From NCBI GenBank assembly GCA_025594325.1, contig JANHCV010000014.1, positions 1,178,001-1,242,000 on the forward strand: 64,000 nt of DNA, in the 5' to 3' direction. Each line of letters starts with the position of its first letter. The stretch's first letter is position 1. Shown piece after piece: positions 1 through 11,610 of the stretch. The notes beneath the pieces are model-generated. The model did not search any database. It had not been told where the DNA came from and was given only the letters and a program-made list of their open reading frames with translations. Source of the stretch: Blastocladiella emersonii ATCC 22665 (taxonomy: Eukaryota > Fungi > Blastocladiomycota). Both the position numbers and the translations under genes were made by a program.

Positions 1-2590
1 GTCCGTGAACGGCGCCGTAATCCACTTGGTCGCCCCACCACCACCTTGACCCCACGACGACGGGCGGCGAGGAGCAACGGTACCGCGTGTCGATGATAGA
101 AGCGGTTCAGCAGCATCATCGCCTGACCCAGAGACATGCTCGATGGCGTCAATCGCACGGTGTAGACTCGGTGAGGCAATCACTTCGAACACAACGTCGC
201 CGCCTGCCGTCAGCCCGCGGCGGCCGACGACGTCCGATGCCTCGCGCCTGAGGTTGCCCACGAGCGACGCCATGTCCGTGTCGGCCTCGGGAAACACGGA
301 TCGGCCGTGGAGGTAGAAGCCGCGCGGGTCATCGCCGTCGAGCAGAATGAGCGACACGTTGGCGACGGTCAGCAGGTCGACAAAGTCCATGGGCGGGTTG
401 CTTGCAAACCGCTCAATTGCGAGAGTGACCACGAGGAACTGCGCCGCGGCAAGCCCAAGAAACGCGAGCGACTGCTGCGCGACGGCGACGAACCAGTTGG
501 GAGCCGCAGGGACGAGGACGGCGACCGCCAGGGCCGTGAGTCCGAGATGAATGCGGCGGTACGTGGCGACCTCGACCAGCTTGCGCGCAACGTGGACGCT
601 TCGCCAAGCGCTTACCGTGCCTGGGACCGCAAGAGCACCCGCGTTCACGCTGCCGTCGGCGCTGATCCGTGGCTTCTCCCAGTCGACGACGTAGACACGC
701 GTTTGACACTGTCGGAGCGTGGTGACGGCGACGTGGAAGGTCTGCACGACGGCGGCCGCCACGAGCGCGCCGAAGAACGCGCCCTCGTCGGCCGATCCGG
801 GCAGCCACATGAACCGCCGCGTCGCCTGGAACGTGTAAAAGACATAAACGTAAATGGCCACGCACAGCGCTGCCGCAGTAACGACGGGCGCCACGACTGC
901 GGCGAGCGCGTCGACGAGGAGGACCAGCGACCACGCGTCCGTCACAAGATCTTGGCGCCGGTTGCGCTGAGCGCGTGCCGTTGCCCCCGCAAGCCATGTC
1001 GCAACAATGACGCAAGCTGTGATGGGTGCCACGATACCGACGGCTGACCAGAACCGCGCCGTCGACATGATGAAGCGCACCGTGACTGTGGCCGTTGGCG
1101 GCGAGACGGCAAGCGGGGTCAGCGACTCGGCGTGTGTCAGCTTGAGAATGGGATATTGGGTGTCGGATCCGGCCATGGCCGTGGTCAGCGTCGCAGAAGT
1201 GAGCCAGCGGACACCGCCGTTCCCAGAGGAGCGGCCCAGCACGCGGTCGTCGTAGACAAAGAATCGGCGGACACGCTGGCCCCGGGCCACGATGACGGGG
1301 ATAGGCGACCACCGGGGTGCAGCATCCGCAATGTAAACTTCGAAGGTCGCGTCGCGCCACGCTGCCGGATCGATGACACAGGTCAGCGAGGTGCCGCGAC
1401 CAAGAGCGGGAATTGTGACGTTGGAATCGCCCAAACTTGGAGTGCTCGAGACAGAGTTGGGCAGTGTCGAAGGGCTGCAAAGCCGTTGGATCCAGGAGGC
1501 CCAGTCCTCGGCTTGCTCCACGAGTCCGGTCGTCGCCGAGTACCGTACTACGGTTACGTTGAGAGTGCTTGCCGACGATGAGAGCGTCATGGCATCGTCC
1601 TCGGACACGGGCAACATGGCACTCGGCACGGTTGGCGCGCTATTGGCCGAGTACGCGGCACAAATGGGGTGACGCGGGTCGCCGTACACGAGAGCGCACA
1701 AGTTTGCAAGTCGTTGGCATGCAGCAGGCGATATCGTGGCCGTGGTCATCGAGGTAGATGGGGTGGTGGCGCACTGGTAGAGCGCTGGCAAGAACTGTGA
1801 TTTGAGGTAGCTCGATGCCGACGACTGCGCGACAATGCCCCCGGCGTTCGTCGTGACGTTGACGGGCAGCAGATTGAAGTTGGCGTAGGCCGACTCCATG
1901 GACGCGACAAATGTTGAGGGCATGCAAACAGGTGCATCGCCCCCGTCGCTCGCAATGTAACCCGTAGGGCAGGTGCACGAATGCCCGTTTGTCGAGGGCG
2001 CAGCGGTCATGAGAGGATCGGGGCAGGCGACGCATGCAAGCTGGGTCACGGAGGGATAGCTGTTGGATGGGCATGGCCTGCATTCGGCCGTAGTAGATCC
2101 ATTCGCAGATGAGAGCGAGAGTGCTGTTCGGAGGTTGTTAGTTCAACTCACAGCTACGAGGGAGGCGCAACTGTGAACGGTACCTACAGAGGTACTGTGA
2201 GGCGGGACAGGTGCACGCGGCCGACGTCACGTTGTAGGTCGATCCAGCAGGACAAGCAATGCACTCGTTTGTTGCGGTCACAGCCATCTGGTTTGCTCCA
2301 CACGAGGCACACGAGCCAGAGCGAAGGATTGAGCCGGCTTGGCACTGACATCCTTCAGGGGTGACCGCCGCTCCTGCGGGGCATGACGGACACGTCGGCA
2401 GATTGACGGCCCAACCGCTCGCCGAAGCCAACGTGGAAGCGGAAGTAGTGCCCGTGCGGCATGGGGCGATCGACGCGCTGGCCGACGGGGCCGTTCCCAC
2501 GAGGAGGAGCGCGAAGAGAGCGGCTGCCGCGACGGCGGTCGCATATCGCCGCCGTGAATGATAGAAACGCGATGCATTAAGAGATTCCAT
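1..2590 (-). CDS. TMEM67: Meckelin (TMEM67/MKS3), ciliary transition-zone membrane protein; C-terminus runs off the window start; intron 2124-2187
   Basis: Manual minus-strand translation: hydrophobic leader (AVAAAALFALLLVG), Cys-rich CxxC ectodomain, then meckelin-type motifs ACQRLANLCAL, PIPVIV..RVRRFFVYD, VYVVDWEKP, SAWRSVHVA..L.EVATYRRI and DLLTVANVSL...GFYLHGRSVFPEADTDM. The ORF track misses this frame because it has no stop inside the window. Confidence 0.9.
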
Positions 2591-3537
2591 GGCTGAATAA
2601 GCTTTCCGCGATACACGGAGGCGAGGGTAAAGACGACAGGCGCACCGCGGCGGACCGCGGCCACTCTGTGCGCCACTCACGCGGTGGCGCATCGCGTACG
2701 AGGGCCATCATGCTGATCCGGCCGGTTTCCCTGCTCCAGCGTTTGTCCCCGCATGTCGTCCGAGGGTCCGGTCTCACCGCGAATGCTAAATCTAGGCACT
2801 CAGTGAACACGTGGTTTACGGATGTTGTCCCACAAGCGCTCAGGAGACCTTTTGTGGGTTGTCGGCGGCTTTGCGTCAAGCAGCGCGATGGTTCATCGTA
2901 GTTACAGGAGAAGTAGAACAGAAAGAGAGACAGGAGCGGCTCGGCTGAAGCTTGGAGAGAAGTGCCATGACAGGTCGCTTGGCAGATTGGACGCGCTCCC
3001 AAGTGATACGACGCGCCGACGACGTCCGCACGCTCACATCTCCTCATCGCTCATCGCTTGGATCGGGACAGCGACGCCTGCAGTACCTTTGATCCGTGGC
3101 CTCCCTACACCAGCAGCACTCAACCGCCGGGGTGCTGCGGACACGCTCACGGCAGCTGCCTGCGACAAGATCGCGAAGTTCATTTGTGTGTTAGTAGCGA
3201 TCAAGTCAAGTCATATAGTAATGCAAGCGTTTTCACGTTCTATGGCTTTTCTCTGTCTGGCGGCGCAACAACGTGCCACGTTGGCGGCCGTGTCAAACGT
3301 GGTCTACACGACCTGCTTCGCGCACTTGGAGGGACTCCCATTTGCAACGCCAAGGACGAGGTGTTCATGTCTTTCTATTGAGTTGAGTGAACGAGCCCGC
3401 CATATACCCACGAGCCAGGTCCTGCGCGGGACCCCCTTTTACTGCTGCTGCGTCGCAGACGCCGACTCGCCAAGGAGCTACTTACTTTTGGTCACCCGGA
3501 TGCGCAGTTGCCACCGACGAGCTCAGCGACGCGGACA

Positions 3538-3575
3538 GTCGGGCGGTCGGGCGGTCGGGCGGTTGGGCGGTCGGG
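3538..3575 (+). repeat. (GGGCGGTC)n 8-mer minisatellite, about 4.5 copies
   Basis: Direct reading: gtcgggcggtcgggcggtcgggcggttgggcggtcggg. Confidence 0.85.
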
Positions 3576-3771
3576 ACGCGATGCGTAGTCTGCCTGCGAG
3601 CCAACGGCAGCGCCAAGCAGTTGCCAAGTCGTAAGAGACTGGGCCATTCATCTTCACGTTCCAAGTGCTCAACAACGCTTCGAAGACATGCAGCAGGTTA
3701 TGATAGAGTGGGGTTCGAAGATGGGAAACTGCGCTGTGTATTCATTCTCGCCGCTCTATCACACAGGGGCA

Positions 3772-5345
3772 TCAGACGGTGGCGGCGGGTTTACCTGGCA
3801 CCTTCTTGCGCCGGCAGAAACCACACTTCCAACAGACACACGCCAGAAGCGCGAGAAGGACGAACACAATGATACCGCCAATCAGGTACACGGCCTTGTT
3901 GAGGCCGCGCAAGTCCTGCCCACTGTCAATGTCGCGCGAGGTATCAATGGGCTGATCTGCGTAATCCGCCGGGTACGTAAACGAGTTCTTGGTCTCCCGA
4001 ACAATGGAGAAGCCGTTCAGTCGCTGCTTTGGGTACAGGCCTGCAAAGCGAAAGGGTTCGCGGTCGTCCAAACCCATCACAAGCAGGAACGCCCGTCCAT
4101 CCTGCTTCCCAGCGGCCGTTGAGACAACCAGGGTTGGGGTGCGAGTGCTGCCCTTGGACGTGAAGGCGTCGTCACGGGACGATCCGTCATTGGAGCCAAA
4201 TCGGAACGACTCGCTGCTGGTGACGGAAACCTCGCCAGAGATGGTGGTGGTGCCGCCAACGGTGATGATGAAAACCTTGGAGCCGTCGCCGGATGGGTCG
4301 TACGCGACCGACTGGTGGTACGCGCGCGGCGTGTTCATGACCGTCTGCGATTTCTCCCACTCGTTGCGGGTCAAGTCGAATGTCCAAATGTCCTTGAAGA
4401 ATGAGGTGCCGTTCCGCCCGCCGGTGAGAACGAGGTGCGAGGCACCGACTCGAGTGAGGGCGCCGTTCATGCGGGGTTCTGGGCGCAAAAACTTGGAGGT
4501 TTGGGTCGGGACGAGTTTGATGCGGCCGTCCTGACCGTTTAGGCGAAGCAGCGTGACGGGTGTGCGTTAGCGAATAGCTGGTGTCGTTATCTAAAACAAG
4601 TGCGTACCGCATCGATCGAGTACAGCTCGCCACCCTTGTCAAGAACGTAGGCCGTGTTGTCGGCTGCTGTTGACCAGCGCGCCGACTTGCTCGCGCTCAC
4701 GGTGGCCCAGTCAATGGCCGCGGGCTGAGCCGCGCCACCGCCACCACCGCCGCCATCAACGCCACCGGCCGCGCCGTTGGCGGCGCCACTACCGGCGGCA
4801 GAAGTAAACTTGGCCGACCCTGCGGCGTAGTCGAGACCGCCAAGGATCCCAGCGGAATCGCCGGCGTTGGTGGTGATGGCGGGAATGTTGCTGAATAAAC
4901 GGACGCGGTCAGGCGTGGCCGAGCCAGCGGAGAAGAAATGCGGCAGGAGCCGCGCAGCGGCGCCCGCACCGCCAAGCGTCCAGTTCAGCGCACGGAAAGC
5001 CGCCGAGGAAGTTGTGGTGGCGTTGGTGTCAGACCGAAGCGTGGCCAGAAGCTTGGCCGCGGTCGAGTTGAGGGTCCACGGAACGCCAAAGTCGAGTACG
5101 GCCGACTTGTTGCCCTGCACGAGGATCACGGCCTCGCCGGCCGTGCCGAGGTTGAAGGCGCCCTTGGGCACGAGGAGGGCGGAAACGTTGGTGAGTCCCG
5201 CCACCATGCCGCGCGGCCACTGCGCAGAATCGGGGGGCGAAGGGCTGCCGCCGCCGCCAGTGGTGGCGTTCTGAGCAAGTGCACCGCCGACGAGAAGGAG
5301 GCCCAGCAAGGCGAGCAGACCGGGCAAGAGATTCATCTGCTTCAT
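3772..5345 (-). CDS. Type I membrane protein with signal peptide, kelch-like repeats and one C-terminal TM helix; intron 4531-4607
   Basis: ORFs 4587-5390 and 3772-4488 join through a GTACGC...CTAAC...CAG intron. Signal peptide (LLPGLLALLGLLLVGGALAQ), kelch-like LVLTGGRNGTSFFKDIWTFD and PRAYHQSVAY, TM (IGGIIVFVLLALLACVCW) followed by basic RRKK. Confidence 0.7.
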
Positions 5346-5701
5346 CACCAAAGACACGAGCGAAGGAGAGAGGAACGAGCGCCTGGGCAAATGACTTCGC
5401 CTGGCTCAAGACGTCGTCGCCGCAGGCAAAGGGCGAACGCCTTCGCACGCGAGCAATCGATGGCGACCCTCGCCCCCGCCGCTGATTCATCCGATTTTTG
5501 TGGCGACCATCACGCTGAAACCAAGGGAGCTGCTGAAACCCGAGCTCGCGCGCGCAAGGGACCAAACGGCGTGGGCAACGTGGGCGCGAGGCAAAAATAG
5601 TCGCTTGCAGCTCCGGACCCACGTGGGCAACGCTGATCATCACGTCATGCATCAGCGTTGTCTGGCGGACGAGGCGCGAACGAGACGGTTATCGATCCCT
5701 T

Positions 5702-5755
5702 CGCCCAACGCCCAACGCCCAACGCCCATCGCCCATCGCCCATCGCCCTTCGCCC
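5702..5755 (+). repeat. (CGCCCA[A/T])n 7-mer minisatellite in the divergent intergenic region
   Basis: Direct reading: cgcccaacgcccaacgcccaacgcccatcgcccatcgcccatcgcccttcgccc. Confidence 0.85.
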
Positions 5756-5977
5756 GCCAACCAGCTAAAAGGCAGCGCCCTCCCCGCCTCCCTTCTCCCC
5801 TCTCCTCCCCTTGCCCATCCGCCTGCTGCGGAGCGTAGACACTTCGACACCCCGGCACCAATTCTCCAACGCTTCCCTCAAGCCGTAATACGTTTCCTTG
5901 CCACGCCCGCTCCGAGTTCTGCCTCTTAAGCGGTCCGTGACCCGACCTCGCGCTCTTCCTCTCCCCTCCTCGCCACG

Positions 5978-8876
5978 ATGCGCCCTCCTCTTCGTCTGGG
6001 ATCCTGGCGCTTTGTCGCTCTTCTCGGGATCGTTGCCTTGCTTTGCATTTGGGCGCTCCCCGTCGCTCGCGGTGCCGAGGTTGTGGTATCGGGCAACAAC
6101 TTCCTCAACTCTTTTGGCAGCGAGATCGCTCATCACGGCTCCATGGCCAATTGGCAGGTCCTCTCCAACGCCCAAGGCAACGGCAAAGGGATCGAGATGA
6201 CGATTCGCGACAGCAAGTCCTACGCTTACACGACCTTTAGTTGCCGCGACTTCTTGCAGCACAGTGGGGTCAAGCTCTTTATGACCGCCCCGGCGGGATC
6301 CTCGTTCAAGTTCACGATCCAGCACGCTGGCCCCGGATGACATGGCAAGGGGGCGGGCTTCTCGAAGCGCACCGACGACTTAATTACCTTCCATGGCCAA
6401 GGTCCGCAGGAGGTCCCCATTAGTTTCGACTACTTCTCTATCTTTGAGCCCTCGCGTACTTGGGCCATGATCTTCTCTGATTTCACAAACGCGGGCCAGC
6501 GGTTTGTCCTGCATCGCGTTGAGTTTGACAACGTCCCACGTCTTCCTCCCAGATGCCCACGCTTCAACGACGCACCCGTTTTTGAATCGTTCAAGTCCCT
6601 TGATGCCTGGGAGGACGACTCGCAGGCCGGCGGCGGTCGGCAGCACTACTCGATTGGCGACAGCTCCTCGGCTCTTACGTTCTCAGTCAACCCCACTTCC
6701 ACGGTCCGCCCCAAGCTCCGCCTCAAGGGTCGCCGATTCTCTGGTCCAGGCCGTCACGAATGGCGCGTGTACACGCCGATGCGCGAGCCTGGTCAGATCA
6801 CCAGCGTTGGTGCATTCCTTTGTACGCTTTTCACTTTGCCACAAACCACGCGAATTTCTTTGCTTCCGGGGCGCGATATGGTTGTGTTGGGGACAACCAT
6901 CATGGTTGCGATCACCGATACGATCACCCATCCTAGGACGGAGCCATTTGTGTTCTTTGAACCAGCGTGCAGACTTTGCAAAACATCGCGCTCACACTAA
7001 CCGGACGAACCATCATTCCGCTCATCGCCTCGCTCACCATCTAGACTTCGATGATTACCATGAAGTGGACTTTGAGATTGGTTACGGGGCCGCAGATCTG
7101 CGGGCCAAACTTGGTGCCCGCGACCACCAGCTTGTGGCGTACATGACGACGCAGGCTACCGATGGCAGCTCATGGATCACGCTGGACGGTAACCAAGTTC
7201 TCATTGATGGAAACGCCTGGCATGACCTTGCAATTGAACTGGAACTCGACAGGTCCGGTACCCAGGTTATCTTCTTGTGGTGGATTGATGGCAGTCGTGT
7301 TTTGCGCCTGGGCCAATCGTGGGGTCCGGCCCAGATTGGCTCAGGCTTCACTTCTCATGTCTCCCTGGAAAATCTCTGGTGGATGGGTCTTGGCCCTGGT
7401 CAGATTGCGAACCCAGGTCCGCCGCAGCCTCGCAGCGATGCGCGTCCCGCCACGGCCGTCTTCGACACTTATCGCTACACGCCCAACACTAATTCTAACT
7501 GCGAGCCGATGGGTGCACCTGGTCCGATTCCCGCGGATATGGGCGACGTCGTTGCTCAGCCAATTTCGAGTCCCATAAAGTGTAACGGTCTTTCCCAAAT
7601 CTGCGACAAAGCTTTCCGCGATGTAGCTTTCCCTGGTGCACACAACGCTGGCACTCAGGATCTCAATTGCCTCAACTCTGTCCGGACTCCTTGCGGAAAG
7701 GACGAATTGTCATCGACGAATTCGCGCGTTGAGCGGCGACTGCCGCGTCGCGGTGCTCCCATTTCAAACGCCACAAGTGACGTGTCCACTGCTCTCATGT
7801 CCTTGCCCAAGAATGCCTCAGCAGCTACTCCTTTCCTGGGCCCGCCACTTCGGCCGCCGCCTTCGCCGTGCAACCCGCTCAAATTTATTTCCACTTGTCA
7901 GACGTTCGGCTTCTCGTTGCCCTGCGCTTTTGGGAACCAGGATACTTCCATTTACGGCCTTCTTGATCGCGGCGTTCGCTGGTTCGACATGGATTTCTGC
8001 GGCCAGCGCTTGAACGACATGAAAACTATTTCCATTTGTCATCACGCTGGCAGAGTTCTTGGTACTGCCTACGGGCCAGCAGCAGTGTCCGTGGTTCGGG
8101 AGGTACGCGTGGATCTACAACCCAATCGATTGAGTGCTCATCATCTAACATACGTTTGCAGCTCTACGATTGGCTTGTAAAGCCAGGAAACCGCAACGAG
8201 CTTGTTGTCGTTTACATTTCCGACCTCAACAACGGCATGACCAACGACAAGAAGGCCGAGCTTGTGAACATCTTCTGGTCGGTCCTCGGCAATTATTTGT
8301 ACTCGGGCAACAATCCCTCCAGCACCAAAGTCAGCGAGCTCATTGCGACGGGGCCTCGAGTCATCCTTACTGGCAAGTTCGCTGAGAGCGACCTGACTAA
8401 CGCTCCCGTCTACCATAAGGTACGCCGCTCACGTGGACGACCTGCGCTGTCAGTTCACTAACATCGTGTCTCCCACCCTGAACCGCAAAAACGATGGAAG
8501 CTCTCCCTTGTCGACTCGTACGACTCTGACGAGACGCTTCCTTCCCAAGAGGAAATCGATAAGACATGTCGAGACGCTGTGGGGGAGAAGCGCGCCTTGC
8601 TCCAGCTCGTTGGAGTTCCGGGCTTCGCGACTGTCAACAAACTGATGTGCAACTCGGATATTCAAGATAACGTACGTTCGTTGATCTTCATGCACGAGCA
8701 AGATCTTCGTGCCTGACAAGTGCTGCACCACCTGCTCTCTACTCTAGGTCGCCGTTTGGGATCGTCTGATCAAGATGCCGCAAGACTGCCGAGTCCAAGC
8801 TGTCATCAAGGACTACGCCCGCAACTCTCAGGGCATGTTTGAGTGGATCGCAATGCGCAACAGTCGCTCCGCCTGA
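5978..8876 (+). CDS. Secreted multidomain protein: putative carbohydrate-binding-like domain + GH16-like domain + PI-PLC X-like phosphodiesterase; in-frame TGA at 6338-6340 (possible pseudogene)
   Basis: Signal peptide (FVALLGIVALLCIWALPVARGA). The frame continues past the TGA into ORF 6467. Intron 6822-7044 creates GAFLYFDDYHEVDFEIGYG (GH16 ExDxE motif). AFPGAHNAG and NQDTSIYGLLDRGVRWFDMD are PLC-like phosphodiesterase motifs. Intron 8103-8161 and further 3' introns; the last exon ends WIAMRNSRSA* at 8876. Confidence 0.7.
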
Positions 8877-8993
8877 CGCTTGGCCTGTCGACTTCTCGGT
8901 TCACGGTTCACGTGTCGCGTGGAACCGCTGTGGGAACCGCTCCATTCTGTTTGCTTTGACACGTAGCGAGCGCAGTTTCTGCTTCAAGTTACT

Positions 8994-9064
8994 CGTTCCT
9001 TGTTCCTTGTTCCTTGTTCTTCCTTGTTCCACCTTGCTTCTTGTCCCTTTTGTCCCTTTTGTCC
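8994..9064 (+). repeat. Pyrimidine-rich (TTCCTTG)n-like low-complexity tract
   Basis: Direct reading of ttccttgttccttgttccttgttc... and tgtcccttttgtcccttttgtcc. Confidence 0.75.
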
Positions 9065-9314
9065 AAGAAATTTATGCAATGCGATTTCAGTTCACCAATT
9101 CGACATCGCACCAGGGGCAATGGTGGTAATGGGTCCGCAACGACAGCTTTGGCGGCGCCAATTGTGTGCAGATCAGAGCGGGCGCTGGCTCACGCGGCCA
9201 ACTCCTTGCGGGCTCAGTTGATTAAGTGAATTCATTCCACGCGTGTGTATTAACTGCTGTGTCCACTTGACAAGGGCCGGCGTCGTGCACGCGTACTCTT
9301 TGACGACGGCGGCC

Positions 9315-10406
9315 ATGACGTGCAGCGGGACCGCAAGCGCGACAGCCATGAACTCGCGCAGGAACCCGGTCCCCGCCACACTATCACCGCCACCTCCCGA
9401 CGTCACGACCAGGAACCCGTGCACGACGAGCTCCGAAAAAGGCGTGGGACGCGACGGGCCGGTGCACTGCGGGCGGCGCGGCGCCAGCGGCCTGGCGCCG
9501 ACTGAACTCGACGTGCGCATCGTACAGCATCTCGAAGGTGGCGACGGGCTTGCCGCACGACGCGAGCACGCGCGACGCGCGACGCGGCGCGTCTCAACCA
9601 CTCGGACTCGCACCTGGGCATCCTCCTCCCGATGCAGATGGGCGGCGTCTTTGGTTGTGGCTTCCACTGACCTGATTGTGCAGGAGGGTGTCGCGGGGTG
9701 ACGTGGGCGTCGCTGCTCGCCCGGTCGAACGAGGCCGACGTGCGTGCGCGCCTCGAGCGCCTCATCAACCCGGGTCTCAACATCGTGCTGCTCCATGACG
9801 TTCGCGGTGCCGGTCATTTCTTTGGCGCTACCATTGACGTCGAGGTCGCTGACGACCGCGTCGTCTCGTGCCACATCAAGTGGTACAGTACAACCCCAAG
9901 CTCGGCGACGACGACGTGTTCCTCACCAACTTTGTCGAGATCGTCGAGAACCTCGCCGGGTGCGCTGTGACGACCAGTCACTACCCGCCCAACTTCTACC
10001 CGCAGGTCGATGGCTGCGAGGACTGCCTACTCTACGTGATGCTGTTCGCCGAGCTGATCGCGTCCGAGAAGGCGGCGGGTGCGCCCTACCCCATGTCCCG
10101 CGAGGCGCCCATGTTTGGTGCCGACCTGGATTGTGCTGGAACGTGGCCGCTGCTCAAGTACGAGTGGTACTTCCGCTCGGATGCGTCGCAGGTCGCTCGC
10201 CGCCGCGCGTTTGCGCGCGTCCTCAACGTACGTTGTCACCCACGGGCGCGCACATTGGCCTGATACTGACACGACTCACTCGCTCCCTTTTGTTTCTCTA
10301 GCTTCTGGCCGTTGGGCTCCACGAACGTCAGATGCAGCGCAAGCTCGGCGAGGACGTTCCCATTCCGCCCAGCGCTGTCTCCCTCATGTACCGCAAGATA
10401 GACTGA
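9315..10406 (+). pseudogene. Disrupted gene, possibly a divergent CE-clan (Ulp1/C48-like) cysteine protease
   Basis: GC3-rich coding-like frames switch near 9440, 9590 and 9880, with an in-frame TGA at 9668-9670. Stitched protein has IVLLHDVRGAGHFFGATIDV (His), VVQYNP and PQVDGCEDCLLYVMLFAELI (Gln/Cys pattern). GTACGT...CTAG intron before the last exon, which ends MYRKID*. Confidence 0.45.
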
Positions 10407-10740
10407 TTGCGTCGGCGCTGTGCTTTTGCGGTGTGCAGTTGGCGGCGTCGTGCGGGCTCGACCTGGTCCTGAGGACCGTGTCGTGAGTTCCGTGCTTGGC
10501 CATAAATGGCATCGGATGCGTGATATCGTTCCATGAAGTAATTGCGGAGAGAACGCCTCGCCGCGAGGCAGGAACTCAAGTTGCGGAGTGACTTACGAGT
10601 TAGTCAAAGGAGGTCCGCCGTCACATGAGCTCGATGCGTGCAGTACCCCTGAATCGAGTCCACTGCTGCGACTGCTTGCTTACCCTTTGACATTCTACCA
10701 GAATCGTGGTCGCTTGCCCTCCTTCCCCACACCACCCGCC

Positions 10741-11610
10741 ATGAATTTCAATCCGTCCTTCGCAATCCACGACTCGCCCTTCGGCCTGCCCACCGTCTCG
10801 GCCAAGGACGCAATCGACTCGATCTTGTCCTCTTACGGCCGAGTTTCGAGACTCTCCCTGAGGCTTACGGAGGAACAGCGTGTCATTCATGTCTCGCGCT
10901 ATCTGGTCGATGTGGTAGAGTATGAGCATGCCCAGGTCCTCGGCCTAGAGGACGCGTGGTCCATGGCCACCGCCACCGCGCCTGGGCCTCATGCCCAGCG
11001 CCGCCTCGTCAACCTCAAGGCTGCACTCGACACGTTCATCCTGGCCACCCGGCTCTACTGCCGGCCGGACCTGGACAGTTTCAATCCGGCGCTCGCGTGT
11101 GCGATCCACAAGGTCATCGGCCGCGATATCATTACCAACGCCGGGCAGTACCACCAGCGCGAAGCGCTCCCGGCTGGTGGCCACCGCGCGTACGCACCGC
11201 CCGAAGTGATCGCGTCCTCGTTAAAGAAGCTGTTTGCCGGCACGCGTGAGGCCTTGCGTGCTGTCCCCTCGCCGATCACAACGGCCGATCATGTCCAGTC
11301 CGTGGTGCAGATCGCGACCAGCTTCCTTGCTGTCTTCCTATATATTCACCCCTTCTCAAACGGCAACGGGCGCACGGCCCGCTTGCTGCTGTCGTGGATG
11401 CTCACGGAGCTCTCGCCCGTTCCAGTGTCGCTCCACGGGATTGGCGGGCAGTACACGCGCGAGCACTACATTATTGCTTGCGCGAGCGCCTACGAGGGCC
11501 CCGAACATCTTGGTCGCCTGGTTGCCGACAGCATTCGCCGAACGCTCTTCTTTGTCCTTGAGCATCTCGGTGGTATGCCAGCCGAAGACGAGAGCTTGGC
11601 ATCTGAGTAA
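10741..11610 (+). CDS. Fic (Fido) domain protein, intronless
   Basis: Motif HPFSNGNGRTAR (Fic consensus HxFx[D/E]GNGRxxR), with AIHKVI...AGQY and FLYIHP context. ATG at 10741 lies inside ORF 10588-11610. Confidence 0.85.
   Translation: MNFNPSFAIHDSPFGLPTVSAKDAIDSILSSYGRVSRLSLRLTEEQRVIHVSRYLVDVVEYEHAQVLGLEDAWSMATATAPGPHAQRRLVNLKAALDTFILATRLYCRPDLDSFNPALACAIHKVIGRDIITNAGQYHQREALPAGGHRAYAPPEVIASSLKKLFAGTREALRAVPSPITTADHVQSVVQIATSFLAVFLYIHPFSNGNGRTARLLLSWMLTELSPVPVSLHGIGGQYTREHYIIACASAYEGPEHLGRLVADSIRRTLFFVLEHLGGMPAEDESLASE

Noticed and set aside
2668-3700. ORFs between meckelin and the kelch gene, and ORFs at 11791-12300
   Set aside because: No motifs or consistent coding bias; treated as intergenic.
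9300-9360. SECIS element (ATGA...AA...TGA) downstream of the GH16/PLC gene
   Set aside because: Helix II cannot be paired.
6338-9670. Genome-wide TGA reassignment, suggested by two in-frame TGAs (6338 and 9668)
   Set aside because: The conserved genes read show no internal TGA, RABL2 and Nup107 end in TGA, and the second case sits in a gene with several frameshifts.
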